DNA from: Basidiobolus meristosporus CBS 931.73
Taxonomy: Eukaryota; Fungi; Basidiobolomycota
DNA length: 64,000 nucleotides
Assembly: GCA_002104905.1 (NCBI GenBank)
Contig: MCFE01000041.1
Location: forward strand, 1-64,000
Direction: 5' to 3'
Shown: positions 23,728 through 36,200 of the stretch, one piece after another
Layout of the letters: every line of letters starts with the position of its first letter
How positions within the stretch are numbered: the stretch's first letter is position 1
The notes under the pieces: generated by a model
Seen by the model: only the letters and a program-made list of their open reading frames with translations
What the model was told of the DNA's origin: nothing
The model's database searches: none
Translations under genes and position numbers: made by a program

Positions 23728-25223
23728 ATGTTGGACACTGCTAATCTGCTAAGCTACCTATCCAAACCCACCGAATTCATGGATTCCACCTGGCGGGATG
23801 TGGGGCTAGGCCTAGGAACACTAAAGCTAGGCCTATCCGTACCAGCCGGGAAATACACCAGCAGCTTGAAGGATACACAAGAAAAGCAAGCCTGCCAGCA
23901 AACAGCCTTCGCTCCAGTGCGTATATCGTCTCAAAAAAGATTGGCCTCCCAGAGGAGAAATAATACCTCACTCCGCACGAGACCTCAGGGTCCCTACATC
24001 TCTTCTTCCCCTAATACGGAAGTGAATACCCGTTCTAAACTAACATTGATACCCACTAGTACTCCCTGTGGCACCCGAGCCAGACATAGGCTTAGCGCAC
24101 AGGAATATTGTTTCTACACATCTGACCGTATAACTACTGAGCGATTGCTTAGTCCTGCCCCCAATTCTGCTTGCTTCCAGTGCGACAATTTGATCCCTCC
24201 AACCAAGAAGAAAGGGGGCTTCAGCCCTCCTCGCAGTAGTGATCGAGATATCTCCGACACTCCACGGCAGCGTGAAACGATGCTATTCGGTCTAGGCCCA
24301 GTTAGGATTTATTTAGGGGATATGGCAGGGTGCTCGGATGTGGAGTGGAATAGTGATGATTCAGCTCCCTCCACTCCATCGGGCTCCCCTTCGATCACCC
24401 CACAACTTCAACTCGCGAACTGTTTTACCCTCAATCAGCTAGTGGATGAAGCAGCGGCACACCCTCTGGGAAAGTCGTCAATAGCAAGTGACTCTAGCGA
24501 GACTGTGGAGACAGCAGAAGAACTTGAGTTCTGTGGTAATGGAGATTGGGTCGCTGCATTCCTACTCAAACCCCACCCCGTCCTCAACTTTCTCAACTCA
24601 ACGCCGATACCGACAAAAACCACCAAGCCCGGCTCTCTGGACCACATGAAATGTACAGTGCCTTCCTCCCAACCATCACCCGTCACCGATTTCTCCTCCA
24701 AGATAGCCCATTTGCCAGTGAATATCACAGAAGACCGACTTGTCGGAGAACGACTACACCACGCCTCCCCAGGCCAGGCCAAGCCAAGCACGCACCCAAA
24801 AGGTAGTCACGCCCTTAGCAATCACCCGTTCAGTCCTAACTGGTTTCTTTCCTTCCAGGAGTGCCCAGACGTCACTATAGGATGTCACTACCCCCCTCGA
24901 CCAAGGAAAGCATTCATCTAAACGGGAACATGAGGTTTGACTCGGTCAAGATGTGTTGGATCAATATGGAGGAGAACCTGGACGATCCGTTTGCCGACTT
25001 CTCTGACGACGAGGAATCTCCGCTGGAGTCGACCGACTCCTTGCTGGGTGACGAATTCCAGTTGACCCCCGACGAATTATCCGAGATCCTGATGACGGAG
25101 AAGGACCATAAATCCACCATGCAACAGTGGTATGCCAAGGCAGATTGTTGCCCGAATTCCCGTAGGATGGGCGTGGATTACTTCCCGAAGGATCCGCTGG
25201 AGACACGAAGGATGCTGAAATGA
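23728..25223 (+). CDS. Byr4/Bfa1-like SIN/MEN GAP scaffold subunit (start uncertain)
   Basis: A long S/P/T-rich ORF is joined by intron 24803-24858 (CTAAC branch) to a C-terminal exon with GNMRFDSVKMCWIN..DDPFADFSDDEE..DEFQLTPDELSEILMTEKDHKSTMQQWY. This resembles the conserved Byr4/Bfa1 C-terminus (recalled motifs). Confidence 0.6.
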
Positions 25224-26048
25224 ATCCCTATTTATCGCCCTTACCTCCCCACCGAATCCCCCCCCCTCCGATTATTTTTGACTAACCTGCCCCACCTCGT
25301 TCAGGCACTACCGCCTCAGTTTCTCGAGAGTGTTGTAGGTGGAGGGGGGATGTTGACCGGTGGAAGTCCGACTTATCGCCCGGTAATTAATCCTACGGAA
25401 CAAGCCTCCGCTTAAATCGATGCAATAAAAGTGCTGGAAAACATGTTGTTACATTATAAGTGCTATTTGGGGCAGGGGGATTGAAAAGAAAGGCACCCTC
25501 TCGCTTGCTCGATGCCCGGCAAGGGAAAGGTCCGCCCAATGCGCAAGAAAAAGAGGGGTCACCGATAGAATACATTATTTCCGTGGGGGAGGGGGGGAGA
25601 AAGAATATGAGAAGAAATCAATATGTGGGAGAATAGGAACCAAGATTGACCGCTAAGAAAGGCTGGGGTTAAGTAAACATAATAGATGGTGGCTTGGGGT
25701 TAACACAAGAGGCATCGAAACATGGCGCTCCCGTAGATGAAAGAGTTGCTTGCAGTAAGTTATAGAGGGGGGGGGGAGTTGAGAAGGCAATTAGCCGGGT
25801 ACGAATTCATGGGAAACAAAAGTACAAAAATATGCTGGATTACTACAAATGCTTCTTTCATGCCAAGAAAGGAGAAATGGATCTAAAGTACATCCAACCA
25901 ATATCTGTAACAAAGGTCTATAAGAGAGAATGAAGACGCTGGCAGTAATGGTGGTGGTGAAGAGGGGTGTGTTTGGCATATTTAGATAATACACATAGCT
26001 TCACTCGATAGCTTCGAGTAGAAACCTCCATGTTTTGAAGATAGACCT

Positions 26049-29000
26049 TTACATATACGAGTAGCTTACATCGTTCATTCCGATCATGTTCACAGGACCT
26101 CTGTAGTTGTAGCCGTACGGACCCATGCTCTGTTGTTGGGTAGCAGAGTGCACCTGCTCTCGGAGAAGTTTTCCTTGTATGCGCTTTCCGTAAGGAGTGT
26201 TACGGATGGCTGGAAGAAGAGGTCGGATCGCGTCAACCAGCTAGTCAGATACACGTTTAGTGAGGTTTCCCTGCGCTCATGGATGCCCACCATACTAACC
26301 ATAGCACGTTGATTGACTTCGGCATAGTCGAGTGCGGTTTGAACCACGTAGTTACCGAAAGAGTCTCTCAACAGCTTGTCAAGGGTTTCGCGGTCGAGAA
26401 GCTCGTTGATAAGCCCTTTACGCGTGTCAGGCTTCGAGACACGAATACACTGAAAATGAAAAATCCCTCGTTACATTGTTGGTTCTGCAGCACTGACGAT
26501 ACCATTCCACTCACCTTCTCCATCACATTCGAGCTGAACTTTTGCACAGACAGAAGGCAAGCATTTCCGAAGAACCTACGAATCAACGGGTCTGACAGAC
26601 GGGGCTCGTTGAGGTCCAACACGTATTGGACAACGTAATTACCAAACGGATCCTAACAACGAGGTTTAGGCAACTGGTGGCAAGCGTGATCGACCAGATG
26701 GTAGGCTTACCTGAACGAGAGTAAGGGCGTGGTATGTGATCGCCGAGACCAATTGGGACTAAATCAGAATGTGATTACTGGTGAGGCACCATCAGATGGT
26801 TCGTCATGAGTAGTGTACCTTCTGGGATTCGGATGAATAATCAATACAGCGCTGTAGCACACAGCATCCGTGTCGATGCGTAGCAACTTCAATCAGACTG
26901 TCGCAGACGCCGTTGTAAATAAACTAAGAGAGGCTATTTAGCAAGCATCCAACAAAACGTCCGTTTGGAGAATAACCTGGTTGTCTGCCGACTTGAGGCG
27001 GTGAAGACATTTCTGCACTACATGGTTGCCATTGAGATCCTAAAGCAGGGATGGGGGAAATGGTCACTAGCTTGTCTCCTTGGCATCGATGGAAGTCGAA
27101 CCATACCTTGATGAGTGTGACTACGTTGGCGTTAAGTGCAACTATGATCATCCGAATCTGGATTGAATTGGCGTTTAGGACGGGTCTTGGGTGTGTATAG
27201 TGATCAGGAGATAGATACCTGCTGAGCGTTGGATAGAAATTCGATCATCTTCTGCACAGCTCTGGTGCCATGCATGTTCAGCGAAATGCTCACAAGCTCC
27301 GGGGCAACCGTATCGATAATTATGGTTCTTTGTTCATCGCTGCAAAATTCGAGGAGTTTCTGGCAGAGATAGTTGCCGAAGGGGTCGGTCATCAACTCAA
27401 CAAAGTGACCGTACACTTCGTGGAAGATGATATCCACGTACTTCTGGTTTTGCTCCTCGAGTTTCTTCTGCAAATACCTGCATCCATGTTGATCTTTGCA
27501 CAGCGAGTAAACTTCCCCAACCATATCTTCAATGGGCACCCCGGAGAACCTATTCGAAGCCTCTACGTCGGTAGAAGCTTTCTTCGAGACCTGCTTACCG
27601 GTGTTGGGGTTGGGTTGAGCAGACTTCCCGTTGCTGGGGCTTGAATTGTTGAATCCAGCCTTGGTGTAGCTGTGGAAACCATTGTTGGGCAGTTGGCTGT
27701 AGAATGTGGGGCTCAGGGGGCTGGTAGGGTAGTTGTATGGACTCGCCCCATTGCTGACTGGAGATAGAATCGGATGCGGCGATTCAGGCGGAACGGGTTT
27801 GAAGGTGTGAATAAAGGTGCACCTATCCCCACGGGAGCAGTGGCCTTGCTGGAAGAAGCGACAAATGTTATTCGGTGGGGATACAGGTCTGTCAGACAGA
27901 TCACGCGAGTTGGCATGGATTCGGCCGAACACGGGATCTATGTTGCCAAGAGTAGTCATGCTATCTGGGAGGTAAGCTTCCTGTTGGGGGATTTCATTTC
28001 CGTACATGACAGTATTGATCGAGAGTGGGGGGCCTTTTCTTGATCCAATGTACATCGATGCAGCTTGTCTCAAAACTGGCCTTGTCTGTCTGAGACCATG
28101 GTCGCTGACCTGGGCGGAGGAAATCTGATCCCAATCAGGATTGTGCAGATCAGCATTACTTTGACGCGAGGCCTGCGGTACGTATGCCAGGTCCAAAGCG
28201 GCAGATGAAGTTGTTACCTAGAGTCGATGGGAATAAGTGAATATTGCAGCTCCATGCCGAACACATATAGGGCTGTACGCACCAAGTCTGGATAACTGTC
28301 TCTGTGCGCAATATGAGGGAACCTTTTGCTGCCCGCGCTAGTTTGCGAGTACCTTCGATTGAACCCTATCTCACGTGATGCGATGAGAAACCTTTCCAAC
28401 AAAATCCGTAGTAGGACTGCTTACCTGGGCTAGTGTTCTCGTCCTCGAAGACAAGTCTCTGGGAAAATGGTGGGAAATCAGCATTAGTGCTGTGGCCAGA
28501 GCTTTCGTTGAACAGCGACATGCGAACACCACTGGTGGGAATCAAAATAGTCAGTATGGGCTGTGTTGTGGGGAGCCGATGCTCCTGAGTTGGAATAACT
28601 TACTCCTTCGCGGGGCCCTTCGATTCACTCAAACTAAGACTCTCGAAATCCTCCCATATATCTAGTCTCTCGTTGGAGTTTCTACGGGAGACGGGAACCG
28701 ACTTGGCAGGTGGTCCAGCGCCCCCTATTCGCTCTTGGCTCTCTTTTGGCCGATAATTACCAGGATTTTGTTGGAATGTCCCGAAAGGACCTGAGAGAGC
28801 ACTCATTGGAGAGTGAGTGAGTGGAGCTGGGCGAGCGATTGGAAGCGTGTTGGATCGTGTCCTGGTGTCAATCTGAGAGCTACCGTTGGATCCATAAGTC
28901 GTGACGGGTGGTAAACCAGCGGAACTCAACTCCAATCTGCCATTGCGGTTTCCAAAGCTATCGAAGCTCTCATTCTAAGATTCAGAAAACCCATCAGTGC

Positions 29001-29531
29001 TCATGAAGAATTGGCCAAATTTTACGGGGAAACATACTCGCTTCAGCCTATTATTGAGGCGTAGGGCTGCATCGTCATCCGGCTAGAAAATTCGAAAGAT
29101 CGACTCGTAAGTAGAAGGTATAGGGAGAAGGTGAGAGTTGAGAATGTGCTTACCTCAACGGAAGCGTAGCTCTCATCCATTTCCGGTTCGAAAAATGTGG
29201 GGCCGGATAGCAAACCAAGCCCTTCGGCAAAGCTACTTTGGTATACATCTTGGGAGTACTCGTGTCTAGGGGAAATGAGGCTGTTCAGCATCAAACTTCG
29301 GGCGCTCCCGAGTCCCCCATCGGTTTGTCTTGTTTCTTGGTATCCAGCAAAATTGGCTGACTGGGTGTCAATAGAAAAGGAGACATTTCGGCGCAGGTTT
29401 GAGCCTACCAAGCTATCTCTACTCCTACTCTGAGTAGCTGATCTATCTGAGCCACTCAAGCTTTCAAACCTGCGAGTATCATAAGAGTTGGCCCTTTGGG
29501 GTTTTCGAAATGTGGAGTATTCCGGAGTCAT
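26049..29531 (-). CDS. PUF4: Puf4/Mpt5-type Pumilio-homology RNA-binding protein with a CCCH zinc finger
   Basis: Eight Puf repeats with recognition motifs CRYLQ, NYLCQ, TRAVQ, NHVIQ, CCVLQ, NYVVQ, SNVME, NYVVQ, followed by RNTPYGKRIQ. CRFFQQGHCSRGDRCTFIH lies upstream of the repeats; stop at 26049-26051. Confidence 0.9.
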
Positions 29532-30338
29532 GGGAAGAATGGCGGCGTATCACAAACTTGAGCGGGACAGTGAGGAGAGAATGCTCAAGGTAGGTCCGAA
29601 CGGGTGATGAGGTGCGACAGTTACTTTTTGGTGTACGCAGGTAAAAAGAAAGCGAAAGAAAAACGCTTAACTCGACCTCCAAGGGATATTATTATATAAC
29701 TGAGGTCAAGAGAGACCAGATGAGATGAGGCACTCAATCTGAAGAAGATCTTACAGGGGGTTTGAATATATCACGAACAACCAGATATGTTTATGTGGGT
29801 AGGTATGATCTGAAGACCTCTTTTCCTCTTTATTCGACGGCGACAAGGATAGACAACAGACGGACGAGTAATCCTCTGAATCCGAGTTAATACATTCCAA
29901 CTTGAACTGCTGATTATTACGAGCCAGGCCGAAATCTACCGGTTTGATGATAATTGTGAGTGGTCACACATAGTTGAAGTGACCAAACAAAATAAATATG
30001 GAAAAGCATGTTTAATCTAGCGATGATTCCATAGTAAAGCCGGTGCATTTATGAGGGATTCTCGACTAATCGAGCTACTAGAGCCACTCAATCCGACAAC
30101 ATGAAACAAAGGGATATGGAACATAAGGTTGGTTACTACAATCTGGGCTCGACAATACATATACTGCAGCAAGAGAGTGTCCATCGAAATCCATCTGAAT
30201 TCAAGGTCAGCCCGAAAATTTAGGGTTGCCTTGATGGGCTAGGGTTAGGGTTTGGTTTCACTAGTGAAAATTTCTTTCCTAGGATGGAGGAATAGTCTCA
30301 GCTTGCTTCCTGTGACCATTGGTTAAGACACAGACAAC

Positions 30339-30790
30339 ATGGCTTCTGTAATTACTGCTGCTCGTTCCACTTTCAAGAATCTCCTTCAGGAAATTGATTT
30401 GCAGGTAAAGGTTCCATTCGCTTCAACGACAGTAAACCTATTGGGCACTAATTTCCCCTTCACAGCTTACCCAAAAGACCAATAACCCCTATTGGAGGGA
30501 GCAGCTTCAGCTCATCTACAAGGAACGCCTTGAGAACAACTCTCCAGAGGTTTCAGCTAAACTTCAAGCTGATGCCCAAGACATTCTTACCTATTTGGAA
30601 AGTTCTCGCAAACACAAGGTACGCTTGCGTGTTTTTGGTCCAGCTTTTGACGTGTGCTAACTTAGACATAAAACAGGAACTTTTGGAGCGTTATAATCCT
30701 CACATGAATATCACCCCTGATGAAAGACTCAATCTGACCGCCAACCGTGTAGGACTACAACTTCCTAAAGCATTCAACCCTGACGAGTAG
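30339..30790 (+). CDS. FMC1: Mitochondrial ATP synthase F1 assembly factor Fmc1 (LYR family); 3 exons
   Basis: MASVITAARSTFKNLLQEIDLQ|LTQK..DAQDILTYLESSRKHK|ELLERYNPHMNITPDERLNLTANRVGLQLP; two GT-AG introns. Confidence 0.85.
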
Positions 30791-32230
30791 AGAATTCCAT
30801 GACGCATAAATTGCATTTCTTTAGCTATAGAATTCCTCGATAGCATACCGAGCATCAATAAACATAGGAACCGCACCTTGATTGCAATGATTTTTCGCAT
30901 CATATTATCTGGTGCTCAATCGGTTACAGCTAGCAGATGGCGAATATGGGGTATTGAATTGGATGGTATGAGCCCTCTTACCTGACCCGTAGAGGTATAC
31001 CTGCAAAGCCCATAAAAAGCCGAGCGAGAGGCTGATGATCACTACTATAACGCGAGGTGTTCACACGTTTTGAAACCATCAACGTCATTGTAAAACCCAA
31101 GAAACACAAGCACGAGGCAGTCGTTGATTAGTATGAGAAAGTATTTATGTGCCTGAAGGATGGCTATCGCGGAGTTGATAGCATTGTACACTGAGCTGTG
31201 CCACGACCCTGCACCGTAGCTATGATTCGCGCTAGATATGCCGCCATCTGGTTTTGCTTTCCAATACCACTAGTATACTTCCCACAAGTAAACGACGATA
31301 CAGTATGCACTTTAGTATCCATATAACCATTTGGGTAGAAGCATCAACTAGACTCCATCCTATTCGGGAGCGGTATGGGCAAAACCGTGATCATGAATAC
31401 TGGAAAGTACAATCACCAACACCCGTGGTGACTGAATGCATCCTTTTGTTCACTAATATGGCTCGAGTTCATATGACAGGGTTTTCCATATACTGAGGAG
31501 GTCCAATTCTCTGACCGGGCCATTGGAGCAACTACGTTTTAGAATGATTCAATCGATTGATCGCACCCGGTAAGTGGAGTGTCACCCACTAGCCAGCCCC
31601 CTTTTGTCGCAGTGCCAGGATATACTTTCTACCAGACACCCTCGACACTACACATGGTTGTAGGGACACCTAGATCCTTGCACATGAGATGTTATTACAC
31701 ACAACCTGCTGTACACTCGGGTTATTTGCTTATCAATCCATGAACGTTGCTGATATAGAGCATAAGTCGATTAATGGCCAAGATATATACATATATGCAC
31801 AACCAATACCCAAACTTCCGTACGGATGGCTTGTGGTGGGCCTGCCTAAGGTTGCTTCTATGTCTAGCCTGAAATTGACAATAGGTTACTAAATGGGGCA
31901 TCGCATATCATATGTGTGGAAGGGAAGTTGCCTTGTAGTAGGTTTGTTCCCAATACATTGCTATCATTTCCTTCCCTGAAACCAATGGAAAATGGTTGAA
32001 CGTTGGTATTCCAGGTATCAGGTTTATCTCCTATTTGACCTGGTACTGAGTTGGATATAAACTAGCCTCCAGCTGTCTCCAGCTAGCACATGATGCTAGT
32101 AACTTTCAGCGCATTTATCAAAAGTGTACCCCCCTCAGCTCTAACGGTCTCTACTTGCTGTATTGATATCCCATATATCCTACACCACTCCCGAGGCAAC
32201 CTCTAAGCTACAAGTCGACCATCCTCGAAA

Positions 32231-32874
32231 ATGTCCCGTAGACACTCAGCCTATCTACCAACGCACAGATCAGTGCTCAGCGCCGTAGTCTCCTTCGTCG
32301 AATACCGTGGTCTTCGTTTTCTCATTCTTGATTGTCCTACTGACTCGAACCTTCATCTCTACCTGCGCGAATTCCACAACTTTAACGTGACCCACGTGGT
32401 GGTAAGTTTCCTTCTTGGACAGGTGCGTGGCTCGATGATTAAACATATTTGTATCTCCATGAATAGCGAGTTTGCGAACCCACTTATCGCACACAAACGT
32501 TGACTAGTGCAGCTATAAAGGTTCATGATTGGCCCTTCCCTGATGGTGGCATCCCAGCCCCATCCTTAATTAAGAATTGGTTGGATTTGGTCAAATCTTG
32601 TTCAACTCCATCCGGCGACGAGGATGGCCCCGAGACGATCGCCATTCATTGTGTTGCTGGTCTAGGCCGTGCGCCGGTCTTGGTGGCAATTGCTCTGATC
32701 GAACATGGCATGGACGCGCTCAGCGCTGTTGAATACATCCGGAGGAAGCGCCATGGTGCGTTCAACAACCACCAGATCGAATACCTCGATTCCTACAAAA
32801 AGGGCAAGACCCAAGGCTTCAGGATTTCGTTTAACAAGATGTTTAAATTCCACAAGAAAATCGAAGTCGGCTAA
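32231..32874 (+). CDS. PTP4A: PRL/PTP4A-family protein tyrosine phosphatase; 2 exons
   Basis: Removing intron 32402-32466 gives FLILDCPTDSNL..VTHVVRVCEPTY..VHDWPFPDGG..IAIHCVAGLGRAPVLVAIALIE..IRRKRHGAFN..QIEYL. Confidence 0.93.
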
Positions 32875-33285
32875 TCCGGTTTGGGTCGGGGATCACTCGT
32901 GGAGAAAGCCACCATCGGCCTATCTGGTCTCTGGTTGATAACCCTCGGTATCCCCCATTTAGCAATCCACATCTCCATATACATACATTCGAATCCATCC
33001 TAGCAAGCACCTTGCCCTTTAATTCCATCCCATCCATGATCATCTACAGTTTGTTGGCTTTACCAAATCCACATTTGAACATGGCCAAATCGGCTCCACC
33101 CGATGATGCCTCTTACTTCGCCAGCCATGTAGGAATTGGATGAGAAAAGTTCTTTATTAAGAGAAGTGATTTAATACAAAAAGCGGGACAATAAAAAGCA
33201 ACATTAGGGCTGGTGCGTATCGAGCATAACCGGTAAATAATATATGGTGGGGGAACTGGGCGGGGTGAGCGCGGAGTGGGCGCGC

Positions 33286-36200
33286 TTAGTTGGAACGATT
33301 CCGATTCTTGACAACGGTGAGACGTTCCTTACTAGCGGCGAACTGGCTAGTCTTCTTCTTACGGCTGTTCTTCTTCATCTCGTTCTTCTGGATCTTGCGT
33401 CTAGCGTGGGCTTCTGGGTCGGTGATGGCCTGGAACGAGCGCTTGGCCTTACGCTCGCGACGAATATCTACTACTCGTTGACGTACTTGGTTGTAGACTT
33501 CGTGGTAGATGGTAGTACCCACTTGCTTGCGAATGAAGTCCAAGACCTCCTGTCCGAGGGTTCTCAGATCCTCAGCTTCCTTGCCCTTGCTAGTTTCATC
33601 GTTTACGGTTCTGTAAATCGGTGACACGATAGGGATCAGGTATGGCTTCAGCTCGTCAGCCTTGATGAAACTAGCCATAGCGGCAAACCATTGGAAGATG
33701 AAGGTTCTGCGAGTGGTGGCCTTGTTGCCGCCAATGTCCGATCTGGCCACGAACGAAAGTTTTCTGAATAGCCAGAACAAGGAACGGTTACGGTTGCCCT
33801 CATCATTTGCTTCCTCCCCGTCCTCTTCGGCGTTATCCATCTCGGGCTCTGGGTCACTATCTTTCTCGTCCGCGCCTCGGCTTCCTTCGTGGTAGAAGCA
33901 TTTACCAATGAAGAATAGGTTCTTGACCAACTGGGTTCCCAAGTCCTCGCTCAGATACTCACTCTTTAGCTGAAGGCACATCTTGTTGGCGATGCCTGTC
34001 AACACCGATTTACGCAAGTAAGAGTCTCTGGTAGTGGTGTTGGCGAACAAAAGGGTCTTGGGATCGAGATAGGTGAAGTAGATTCCGAACAGACGGCAGA
34101 CTGACAAACGAACCCAGCTGTGTGGGTGTAAGAGAAGCGAGGTAGCTAGATCCCAAATCTCTCTGGAGGTATCCTGGCTGATCATGGCTGGGAACTTACG
34201 AATGATCTTGGTGAAAGTAGAGAGGGCGAAGTATCCAGTCTCCCATTCGATTTCCACTTCCATATCGGCGTCCTCATCGACCTCCTCGCTTTCGTTCATG
34301 TTCTGCTTACTGTATTCCAGGATGCTCTTGATGTGATCCAATGTTTCGGGAACGTATTTCTTGGATTTCTCATCAAACCCGTCGATCAGCAAGCCGTACA
34401 CCTGAATGGAGGCGCGCTGCAGATTCTGTTGGCTGGATGCCTCGAGCCACTTATTCAGTAGCACGAAGACGTTCTCCAGTCGGGTGGAGTCCAATCTGAG
34501 GAGCAGGTTTTTGATCAGCACGCCGGCCATCTCACGGCACTTGTTCGAGTCGTCATTGACCATAGACATGACCAAGGCCAGGAAAAACATCTCCGCATAC
34601 TCCATCAGGATCTGGTCGGCGAATTTGGAGAAGATCACGTTGAGCATCTCCATGACCGATTGTCGTCCGCTCTCATACACATAGTCCAGATTCTTGACTA
34701 GGAAGTTCATCTGGTTACGGAGACGTCCCTTACCTTGTGGGTAGTCAAGCAGGAATTGCAGGTACACATGTCGGCAAAGCTCTCGCACCTGGGATGACTG
34801 GCTGGTCACCATGATCTCCGAGATGACCTTCATGATGTCATATACCTCCTCCACAATGAACTTCCTGGAGATGATGGCTTTGATTAGGGAGAAGGTCGTG
34901 CTCTGCCTCTCGGGCTCCTCCAAATCAGGTCGGACGAGTTCCAGGACAAACGTGAGCTGCTTCTCGGTAACATTGACGGTGCCGTTATCGCGAATTGCGA
35001 TGGTCAACAACTTGAAGCAAGTCTGAACCAATTCCGAGTGGGTGGTGCTAGAACCCTTGATGATCTGGAAGATGCGTTTTACGATGATGGGCAGACCTTC
35101 CTGAAGGGAGGGAAGGGGGAGCTTGCAGAGAACGCTAAGGGTACGCAAGGATAAGATGATGACTCTCTGATGCTTGGAGTAGGTGGAGTTTCCGACCACA
35201 TCCACGAATGGATCAAGCATCTCCAGGTGCTCTCTGGATTTCACATCGAATTTGCTTCTCTTGAGCGAAGACAAAAGAATGCTCAAACCAAACTCGACAA
35301 AGCGATGGGCGTTGGCGTTGAAATAATCGGGCTTCTCGAAGCCAGGGTTTCTGCCCAACACGACGGTGAAGTTGTTCTCCAGGTTGGTCTTTTCTTTCTT
35401 GACCACCTTCTTGGCCTGGGATAGCTTCAGGTTCTGGGAGATCAGGCCGTGACAGAATATGAGCACCTCCTTAGGGTCGAACTCGGCGTTGTTGTTGATA
35501 CCGGCGGAGATACGACGAAGCGATTCGTCGATCTTACGGGTGACCTTGATGTTCTCGGTCTCAACCATGATCTCCTTGAAGGGGACAAGCAACACTCCGA
35601 TGGACTTGAATCGGATGATCCGGCCGATCAGCTCGAAGGATTCAAAGCTCTTGTGGGTCTTGGCTTCCTTCATCTTGTTGGTGATCTCCTCGGTTTCCTT
35701 TTCCACACCGACCTCACCGAAAACATCCTCGATCAGGATCTCGATCACGGGCTCCAGGCAGTAGTCGATATCTCCGACGTTCAACTCGGGGACCATCTGG
35801 GCCAGAATCGCGTGCAGCGTGTAGCCAAGAACATGCAGCTGGTATCCTCTTTGGAGGGCCCCCTTGAGCTCCTTCACAATGAACGAGAAATAGCTTGGAC
35901 CAAGGAAGGTGGCGATCTTCACAAGCGTGCTGCGAGTGGTGTCACGGGTTTCCTGGGAACGGCTTCGAAGGGTTTGGCAGATGGACGTCAACATGCCTGG
36001 GAGATGGGTCTGGAGCGCCTTGGCGGGGAGGCACTTGAGAAGTTTGGTGATGGCCAGGGCCATTGGGACACGAACATTGACATTCTCGTCATCCCGTTTG
36101 GTGAGGTATTTTTGAAGGTCGGGGAGCAGTTGAGTGGTCACTGCGCTCAAGATGTAGGACGCAGTGGCTGGGCTAAGTTGAGAGGCCAGCGTTTGGTTTG

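Noticed and set aside
25580-25780. Poly-G tracts (also near 10345 and 47975) as G-quadruplex elements
   Set aside because: These are simple homopolymer runs in UTR or intergenic DNA with no supporting structure.
30850-31200. Intron-like GTAAGA..TGCTAG with a hydrophobic frame on the minus strand; TGATGA suggesting a C/D snoRNA
   Set aside because: The frames are closed by stops, and no convincing C/D box pair or terminal stem was found.
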